From Acidimicrobiia bacterium (GTDB lineage: Bacteria > Actinomycetota > Acidimicrobiia > Spongiisociales > ZC4RG35), in NCBI GenBank assembly GCA_965261135.1, contig OZ253443.1, forward strand, positions 2,300,391-2,364,390: a stretch of DNA of 64,000 nt, given 5' to 3'. Below are positions 57,268 through 64,000 of the stretch, in pieces. A program made the position numbers and the translations under genes. Position 1 is the first letter of the stretch; each line of letters begins with the position of its first letter. The notes under the pieces are model-generated. The model did no database searches, was not told the DNA's origin, and worked only from the letters and a program-made list of their open reading frames with translations.

Positions 57268-58038
57268 ATGCAGCACCCCCATGGCACTTTCTGTTGGATG
57301 GACATCTACCTCCCCGACCCCGGGCGGGGCAAGGCTTTCTACAGCGCCATGTTCGGTTGGGACTGGACCGATGTCCCCATGGGCGACTCCGGGATGGCAT
57401 ACACCATGTTCAACCTGGACGGCAAGAGCGTGGGAGCTCTCGGACCGCAGATGCCGGGGATGTTCCCCGAAGGCGTGCCGCCCTGCTGGTTTTCCTACAT
57501 CGCCACTGACGACCTGAACGCCTCCGCCGAACGGGCAAGAGCTTTGGGAGCAACCTTCCTCATGGGACCCGCCGACGTAGGCAACGGGCGGGTGGCTTTG
57601 TTGCAGGACCCCGGCGGCGCCACGTTCTTTCTCTGGCAGGCGCTCCAATTCGGTGGAGCGGAGATCATCCGCGCTCCCGACGCCATGGCCTGGAACGAAC
57701 TCTACACCCGGGATCTAGAAACCACTCAGAGCTTTTACAGTGATCTGTTCGGCTGGGAGTGGACCAGCTTGCCCATTCCCCAGGGCGGCGACTACCACCT
57801 GGCCAACCTGGGAGACTTCCAAGTGGCCGGCGTGCTGGTCATGGACGAGAACTGGGGCGAGATGCCGTCACACTGGATGGTCTACGTCCAAGTTGAGGAC
57901 GCCGATGCCGCGGCCGCCAAGGTCACCAACCTGGGAGGCGATGTCTGTGTACCGGTGACCGATATCTCGGTAGGCCGGTTCGCAGTGGTCAACGACGACC
58001 AAAAAGGAACGTTCACCATCTTCGAGCCCCACGGGTAG
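57268..58038 (+). CDS. VOC/glyoxalase family protein (two modules)
   Basis: AAGGAG RBS before ATG 57268; FCWMDI...FYSAMFGW, DPGGATF, WNELYT...FYSDLFGW, HWMVYVQV. Confidence 0.92.
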   Translation: MQHPHGTFCWMDIYLPDPGRGKAFYSAMFGWDWTDVPMGDSGMAYTMFNLDGKSVGALGPQMPGMFPEGVPPCWFSYIATDDLNASAERARALGATFLMGPADVGNGRVALLQDPGGATFFLWQALQFGGAEIIRAPDAMAWNELYTRDLETTQSFYSDLFGWEWTSLPIPQGGDYHLANLGDFQVAGVLVMDENWGEMPSHWMVYVQVEDADAAAAKVTNLGGDVCVPVTDISVGRFAVVNDDQKGTFTIFEPHG

Positions 58039-58413
58039 GACTCTTCGCGGAGAAAAGGCAGCCACCTCAACTGCCTCGAGAGTCAGTGAGACTGGGAAAA
58101 ATCAACTGGTTTTAGGGTTGCCTCTGTCCCACCCCCACTACATACTTGCATAGCTGCACAAAAACCTCCGGCCGGGCCAGAGCTCTCCCAGCCGAGACAA
58201 TCCAGAGGTCACACTGCGAACCCCCAGCCCTCGCCGGACCGCGGGTTTTCGCGACCTGCAAACGGTTTGGTGGTGGTGGGGGAGGGCCCGAAGGGGAAAA
58301 CCCCGGTTTTGCGGAATTCGCGAATTAGTTATTGATTTTCGCGACAAGTGCCCGTTTGCTGCGTCGTTCATGGTCCAACCAGCCCAACCCGGCGCCATGG
58401 ACCTGCTGAAAGC

Positions 58414-59832
58414 TCAACCAGATTTGATCCGGCGCAACGCGACTTGGGCGGCGTGGTAGCCGCACATACCGTGGACGCCTCCCCCCGGAGGAGTGGAGGA
58501 AGAGCACAAATAGACCCCGTCGACTCCCGTCGCATAGGGCGACCACCCTCCGAGAGGACCCCACAGCGCTCGTCTCACTCCAAACACCCCGCCGCCGATA
58601 TCGCCCCCCACGTAGTTGGGGTTGTAGCTCTCCAACTGGGAGGCGGACACGGTATGGCAGGCCAGGATGGTGTCTCGAAAGCCCGGAGCGTGCCGCTCGA
58701 TCTCGGTCTCCACCGCCGCCCGCATGTCGACCGTGCTGCCGGGGGGGACATGAGCGTAGGCCCACAGCGTGTGCTTTCCCTCCGGAGCGCGGGACGGGTC
58801 GAACCGGGAGGGCTGAGCGGCCACCACAAAAGGTCGATCGGGGGTTTCGCCCCGCCACACCATCCGTTCCGTCAAGGCGATCTGTCGATAGTCACCGCCC
58901 AGATGGAGAACCCCGGCCGTCGCCATCCGGGTATCTCTCCAGGGAACCGGTCGGGACAAAGCCCAATCCAGCTTGAACACCCCCGGCCCGTGCCGGAAGC
59001 TTCGCCTCACCCGAGCAGCCCGACCCGGCCCCTCCTCTCCGAGCATCCCGACCAGCGCCGAGGGCGCCACGTCGGCCAGCACCACCCGGGAACGAGGAAG
59101 CTCCGCCAAGGCCGCTACCCGCCGTCCGGTCTCGATTTCGCCGCCCATCGCCCGAAAGCAGGAAGCCAGGGCATCCACCAACGCCTGGGAGCCTCCGGCC
59201 ACGAAGGGCCAACCGTACCGATGGCCTCCCACCAACAGGAGCCATCCCACCCCGGCAGTGAACAGCTTTTCGGGCGGCATCACCACATGCGCGGCGCAGC
59301 CGGCCAGAAGGGAGCGGGCCGCCGGACTCTTGAACTTCCCGATATCCCAGGAGGCCGGCCAGGACAGGGGCGCCAGCCTTAGCCCCGCCCAGGGGTCAGG
59401 CGTCAACTTGACCGCCGGCCCCATGAGCCGCCCCTCTATCCGAGGCCACATCCGGTCGATGCCCTCGACCTTCCTTCGATAGCGCCCGGCGTCGACTCCC
59501 AGTCCCTCGGCGGTCTCCTCGATCGAACGCTTCAGCACCACCACCTCTCCGTCGTCGAGCGGATGGGCGAGGGCGACGGGCGGATGAATCCAGCGCAACC
59601 CGTGCTCGGCCAGGGGAAGCCGGCGAAAGAGGGGAGAGCCCCGCCCGAGAGGGTGGGCAGTCGCACAGACGTCATGACGAAACCCCCGAAGGGTCAACTC
59701 CGAAGTCCGGCATCCGCCACCGATGGTCTCGGCAGCTTCCACGACCAGCGTCGAACACCCCGCCTCTGCCAGGACGACCGCGGCCGCCAAGCCGTTCGGG
59801 CCCGCTCCGATTACTACCGCGTCATAAGACAT
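58414..59832 (-). CDS. Phytoene-desaturase-like NAD(P)/FAD-dependent oxidoreductase
   Basis: VIGAGPNGL, GFRHDVC, NPNYVGGDI, YLCSSSTPPGGGVHGMCG. Confidence 0.92.
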   Translation of the reverse strand: MSYDAVVIGAGPNGLAAAVVLAEAGCSTLVVEAAETIGGGCRTSELTLRGFRHDVCATAHPLGRGSPLFRRLPLAEHGLRWIHPPVALAHPLDDGEVVVLKRSIEETAEGLGVDAGRYRRKVEGIDRMWPRIEGRLMGPAVKLTPDPWAGLRLAPLSWPASWDIGKFKSPAARSLLAGCAAHVVMPPEKLFTAGVGWLLLVGGHRYGWPFVAGGSQALVDALASCFRAMGGEIETGRRVAALAELPRSRVVLADVAPSALVGMLGEEGPGRAARVRRSFRHGPGVFKLDWALSRPVPWRDTRMATAGVLHLGGDYRQIALTERMVWRGETPDRPFVVAAQPSRFDPSRAPEGKHTLWAYAHVPPGSTVDMRAAVETEIERHAPGFRDTILACHTVSASQLESYNPNYVGGDIGGGVFGVRRALWGPLGGWSPYATGVDGVYLCSSSTPPGGGVHGMCGYHAAQVALRRIKSG

Positions 59833-59895
59833 ACCCGCTTTTCACGATAGCCAAGCCCTCCCCACCGCCTGATCCTCTCCCCGGGACAGCCTCCC

Positions 59896-61257
59896 TCAGA
59901 GAGAAGCGTTCCCCCTTTCTGCCAAGGGAACCCGCAGGACAAAAGTGGATCCCTCCCCCAGCAAGCTCTCCACCATCACCGTGCCGCCGTGCCGCTCGGC
60001 CACATGCTTTACGATCGCCAAACCCAGGCCGGTACCGCCCGTCCGCCGGGAGCGGGCCACGTCCACCCGGTAGAACCTCTCGAAAATCCGTCCCAGATCG
60101 CGGCCTGGGATCCCCACTCCGGTGTCGGTGACCGTCAAGGCCGCCTCGCCGTCAAGCTCGTAGAGCGCCACCTCGATCCTCCCGCCCTCCTCGGTGTACC
60201 GGAGAGCATTGTCGCACAGGTTCCGGATGGCCAGACCAAGTTCGGCAGTCGATCCTCTCACCGCCGCCGGCACGGTCCGCACCGTAAACTCGATGCGCTT
60301 TTGGCGGGCGGACTTCACAAACGGCTTCACCTCGGCGATCACCACCTTGTCCAGATCGAAATTATCTGGCGTGGGCTCCTGTGTCTCCAGACGGGAAAGA
60401 TCCAACAGATCGGAGATCAATCGGGACAGGCGCAGCGCCGCGGACGAGATCTGCTCGGCGAACAGCCGGCTTACCTCCGGATCGCGCTCCAAAGCCATCT
60501 CCAAGGCCTCGGCGGAGGCAAGAATGGAAGCCACCGGAGTCTTGAGTTCGTGGGAGGCGTCGGTGACGAAGTCCCGCCGCATGGTCTCCACCCGCCGAGT
60601 TTCGGTGAGGTCCAGAACGATGATCAGCACCCGGTCCTCGGCATCTATCGTGAAGGCTGTGGCGCCCAGGGTGCGTTGGGGATAGCCGCGGGTCAGGGTC
60701 TCCTCATAGGCCTGATCACTTTCCCGGGCCCTTTTCACCAGCCTTCTGATCGGACGCAGCGCCAGACGGCCCGAAGGGTCTCCCACCACCCCCAGCATCT
60801 GGCGACAGGCCGAGTTCGAATAGGCCACCTGGTCGTCGGCCTCCACCAAAAGGACACCCCCGGGCAGAGCCTCCAGCACCACCTCCAGAAGAGCCTGCTC
60901 CCTCCGGAGAGCGTCCTCTGTATTTCGGAAATGCCGCCCCGCTTCGCGTAGGGAGGCAGCCAGGCGGTCCACCTCTTCGATTCCCAGGGGATGCGGAGCA
61001 GGTTCGGAGTCCCCCGTCAACAGATCATCTGCAGCCTCGCCCAACCCCACCAAGGCGTTGCGCAGTCGGAAAAGCACTGCGCCGTAGACGGTGAGACCCA
61101 AACTTCCACAGATCAAGCCGGCCAGCCAGGAAGGCGTTCCGAGCACTGCGCTCATCACCGCCCCCAAGATCGCCGAGATCCCCGCAACCACCAACAGGGT
61201 CAGAACCAGACGTTGGATCAGGCGGTGTCCCCGTCGCCCGCTAGGGCGCATCGACAA
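59896..61257 (-). CDS. senX3: Sensor histidine kinase (SenX3/PhoR-like)
   Basis: Two TM segments, DASHELKTP (H box), NLCDNALRY, DTGVGI, FERFYRVD, GGTGLGL. Confidence 0.88.
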   Translation of the reverse strand: MSMRPSGRRGHRLIQRLVLTLLVVAGISAILGAVMSAVLGTPSWLAGLICGSLGLTVYGAVLFRLRNALVGLGEAADDLLTGDSEPAPHPLGIEEVDRLAASLREAGRHFRNTEDALRREQALLEVVLEALPGGVLLVEADDQVAYSNSACRQMLGVVGDPSGRLALRPIRRLVKRARESDQAYEETLTRGYPQRTLGATAFTIDAEDRVLIIVLDLTETRRVETMRRDFVTDASHELKTPVASILASAEALEMALERDPEVSRLFAEQISSAALRLSRLISDLLDLSRLETQEPTPDNFDLDKVVIAEVKPFVKSARQKRIEFTVRTVPAAVRGSTAELGLAIRNLCDNALRYTEEGGRIEVALYELDGEAALTVTDTGVGIPGRDLGRIFERFYRVDVARSRRTGGTGLGLAIVKHVAERHGGTVMVESLLGEGSTFVLRVPLAERGNASL

Positions 61258-61954
61258 ACTTGTAACCCAGACCCCGAACGGTCACCAGAAAGCGGGGCGC
61301 CGAATGGTCCTCCTCGATCTTGTGACGGAGCCGCTTAACATGGACATCCAGCGTTCTGGTGTCTCCATAGAAGGAGGCGCCCCACACCTCGCTCAGCAGC
61401 ATTTCCCGGGTTACCAGCCGGTCTTTTCTGCGCATGAGCGTCTCCAGAAGATCGAATTCCTTGGGTCGAAGGGGGACCACCTCGCCTTTGATCCTCACCT
61501 CATGGGCGTCCACGTCCAACTCCACCGGCCCGCCCCGCAGCACCTCGTTGGTCTCCGACATCTGTCCCGAGCGGGCCGCCCGGCGAATGTGAGAACGGAC
61601 CCGGGCGATCAACTCCCTCATGGAAAACGGCTTGGTCACATAGTCGTCGGCGCCCAGTTCCAGACCGGCCACCTTGTCGGCCTCCGAGTCGCGGGCGCTC
61701 AGCACGATGATGGGAACGTCGGAGAACGCCCTGATCTCCCGGCAGACATCCAAGCCCGAGCCGCCGGGGAGCATCACATCCAGCAAAACCAGAGAGGGAG
61801 GACGCTTCCTCACCCGGGCAAGCGCCTCCGAGACGGTGTAGGCCGCCTCCACCGACATTCCCTCCGTCTCCAACGCATAGGAGATGGACTCGGAGATGGC
61901 GGGCTCATCCTCCACCACCAGAACCCGGTAGGTCACCTCAGTGGTCCGAGCCAT
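61241..61954 (-). CDS. regX3: OmpR-family response regulator (RegX3-like)
   Basis: VLVVEDE, LLDVMLPG, GADDYVTKPF, RTLDVHVKRLR, TVRGLGYK. Confidence 0.9.
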   Translation of the reverse strand: MARTTEVTYRVLVVEDEPAISESISYALETEGMSVEAAYTVSEALARVRKRPPSLVLLDVMLPGGSGLDVCREIRAFSDVPIIVLSARDSEADKVAGLELGADDYVTKPFSMRELIARVRSHIRRAARSGQMSETNEVLRGGPVELDVDAHEVRIKGEVVPLRPKEFDLLETLMRRKDRLVTREMLLSEVWGASFYGDTRTLDVHVKRLRHKIEEDHSAPRFLVTVRGLGYKFVDAP

Positions 61955-62627
61955 TTTCGGGTATGCGAGCGAATTCCTGGTGATCGCCGGTCATCAGGAA
62001 AGCAACCTGCTCTCCGATGTCGACCGCCTGGTCACCGACTCTCTCCAAGGCCCGCGACACCAGGACCATTCGAGTCGCCCATTCCAGAAGCGGCTGGTCG
62101 TGCCCGCATGCCACCACATGTTTCCACAAGCCGTCGTAGAGGACATCCACCGGAACGTCCATGGCCGGCAGCAGCAGGCACTCATCGGCGTCCCGGCGCG
62201 CGAAGGCGTCGACGGCGGTGCGGATCATCGGCTTCAGCAAATCGCCCATTTCTGCCAGCTTGGCCACGATGGTCTCCTCACGGGGCAGCCCGGCGGTGTC
62301 CCGAACTATGCGAGCGATGTTCTCCGCCTGGTCGCCCATGCGCTCCAAGGTGTTGTTGAGCTCCAGAATGGCGGCCATCATCCGCAGGTCTCTTCCCACG
62401 GGCTGCTGGCGAGCCATGATCTGCATCCATCTGCCCCGGATGTCCATGTAGAGATCGTCGACTATCTCGTCGGAGGCGATCACCTCCGAGACCAGCCCGT
62501 CGTCGGATGTCACCAGCGCCTTGACCGCCATGGCCACCATTCTCTCCACCCGGTCAGCCATGCTAAGAGTGGTCTCCTCGAGGCTGTTCAGCGCGGCGTG
62601 GAAATCAGGGCGCGCGTCGGTCGTCAT
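61938..62627 (-). CDS. phoU: Phosphate transport regulator PhoU
   Basis: [30 protein letters not shown]. Confidence 0.95.
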   Translation of the reverse strand: MTTDARPDFHAALNSLEETTLSMADRVERMVAMAVKALVTSDDGLVSEVIASDEIVDDLYMDIRGRWMQIMARQQPVGRDLRMMAAILELNNTLERMGDQAENIARIVRDTAGLPREETIVAKLAEMGDLLKPMIRTAVDAFARRDADECLLLPAMDVPVDVLYDGLWKHVVACGHDQPLLEWATRMVLVSRALERVGDQAVDIGEQVAFLMTGDHQEFARIPENGSDH

Positions 62628-63490
62628 CCAAACCTCCCGGTGATGTAATCCTCGGTCTCCTTCAAAGTGGGGGCGGTGAAGACCTGATCGGTGGAGTCGT
62701 ACTCGACCAGCCGGCCGGTGCGCTGGCCGCTCTCTCCCGCGTTCACCGAGAAAAAAGCGGTGCGGTCGCTCACCCGGGCGGCCTGTTGCATGTTGTGGGT
62801 GACCACCACGATGGTGTACTGCTCTTTCAGTTCACTCATGAGAGTCTCGATCCGGTAGGTGGCGATCGGGTCGAGCGCCGAGCACGGCTCGTCCATCAGC
62901 ACCACATCCGGGCTGGTGGCGATGGCCCGGGCTATGCACAGTCTCTGCTGCTGGCCGCCGCTGAGTTCAAAGGCCGAGTCTCCCAGCTTGTCCTTGACCT
63001 CCTCCCACAGGGCGGCCCGTCGCAGGGACTCTTCCACCAACTCGTCGAAGTCGCCTTTCCATCCGGCCACCTTCGGGCCGAACACGACGTTCTCGTATAT
63101 TGACTTGGGAAAGGGATTGGGCTTTTGGAACACCATCCCTATCCGACGGCGCACCTCGACGGCATCGACCGATGCTCCGTACAGATCGATCCCGTGATAG
63201 AGAACATCGCCGTCCACCCGCGCTCCGTCGATCAGATCGTTCATCCTGTTCAGGCAACGCAGGACCGTGGATTTGCCGCATCCTGAAGGGCCGATCAAAG
63301 CGGTTATCTCGTTCTGATAAATGTTCAGAGAGGTGTCCGCCACCGCATGAAAGTCCCGGTAATAGACATTCAAGTCCTTGATATCGAAGATGACGGGCGT
63401 GGCTTGGGGCGCGGCGGAAGAACGCGGCGTTGGACCGATCGAAACCGCGCGCTCTACCACGACCGGCGCCGTTTCCATGCGCGTTGACAT
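62624..63490 (-). CDS. pstB: Phosphate ABC transporter ATPase PstB
   Basis: [51 protein letters not shown]. Confidence 0.97.
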   Translation of the reverse strand: MSTRMETAPVVVERAVSIGPTPRSSAAPQATPVIFDIKDLNVYYRDFHAVADTSLNIYQNEITALIGPSGCGKSTVLRCLNRMNDLIDGARVDGDVLYHGIDLYGASVDAVEVRRRIGMVFQKPNPFPKSIYENVVFGPKVAGWKGDFDELVEESLRRAALWEEVKDKLGDSAFELSGGQQQRLCIARAIATSPDVVLMDEPCSALDPIATYRIETLMSELKEQYTIVVVTHNMQQAARVSDRTAFFSVNAGESGQRTGRLVEYDSTDQVFTAPTLKETEDYITGRFG

Positions 63491-63524
63491 GTTTTCTCCT
63501 TGTCCAGGTTTTGGTTTATGACTT

Positions 63525-64000
63525 TCACATCCTGTTGCGCCGCTCCAGCGCGTCTCGAGCCATTATCGCCCCGGCATTCACCACCAGCAGCACCACCAGC
63601 AACGTCACGATGGCGGCTGCCGTCAAGGCAACATATTCCTGCTGGGGCTGGCGTGACCAGTTGTAGATGATGATAGGCAAAGCCGTGTATTTCTCTCCGA
63701 AGAACAGTCCGGTGATCGGAGTCCCCTCGGGAGCGGCGAAGAAGGTGGAGAGGACCGCGCCCGCCAGTAGCAGCGGCGCCGACTCTCCGAAGGCGCGGGC
63801 CAGGGTCAGCACCGAACCGGTGAAGACGGCCGGGCTGGCCACCGGCAGCACATGGTGGCGAATGGTCTGCCAGCGGGTGGCCCCCACCCCGAAGGAGGCC
63901 TCGCGAATCGCAAGCGGCACGGCGCGCAGCGCCTCCTGGGTGGTGATCACCATGATCGACAGCACCAGCATCGACAGGGTAAGGCCTCCCGCGATCAGAG
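63525..64000 (-). CDS. pstA: Phosphate ABC transporter permease PstA (partial, 5' end beyond the window)
   Basis: TQEALRAVP...[34 protein letters not shown]; directly upstream of pstB. Confidence 0.92.
   Translation of the reverse strand, partial: LIAGGLTLSMLVLSIMVITTQEALRAVPLAIREASFGVGATRWQTIRHHVLPVASPAVFTGSVLTLARAFGESAPLLLAGAVLSTFFAAPEGTPITGLFFGEKYTALPIIIYNWSRQPQQEYVALTAAAIVTLLVVLLVVNAGAIMARDALERRNRM

Overview
High-GC actinobacterial-type chromosome segment; gene content suggests an Acidimicrobiia-like organism (inference). Left to right: (1) a bacterial microcompartment (BMC) operon running off the left edge, with BMC-H, BMC-P and BMC-Tdp shell genes, an acylating aldehyde dehydrogenase, a glutamine-synthetase-like ligase, a degenerate opine-dehydrogenase homolog and an MDH-like protein with an extra N-terminal domain, divergent from a sarcosine-oxidase-like gene; (2) dnaB and the fhaB-pstP-rodA-pbpA-pknB cluster; (3) tRNA-Leu(CAG) followed immediately by an accessory region of about 27 kb; (4) housekeeping genes: serS, a large Alu-type SRP RNA, tadA, two tRNA-Ser, a 3' tRNA(CAT) fragment, SDR/AKR enzymes, a peptide-type ABC transporter, tRNA-Arg, VOC, a phytoene-desaturase-like gene and senX3-regX3-phoU-pstB-pstA. 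The main discovery is the structure of the accessory region. It reads as a tandem stack of three related elements inserted at the tRNA CCA end, each bounded by conserved left and right ends (short TIRs, 22-23-bp-periodic repeats, a conserved hairpin) and joined by CCA/CCACCA. The intact element encodes an IS4-clan-like DDE transposase translationally coupled to a tyrosine-recombinase-fold protein lacking the catalytic Arg and Tyr, and carries defence-type cargo. All calls come from motif reading by eye; no database searches were run.
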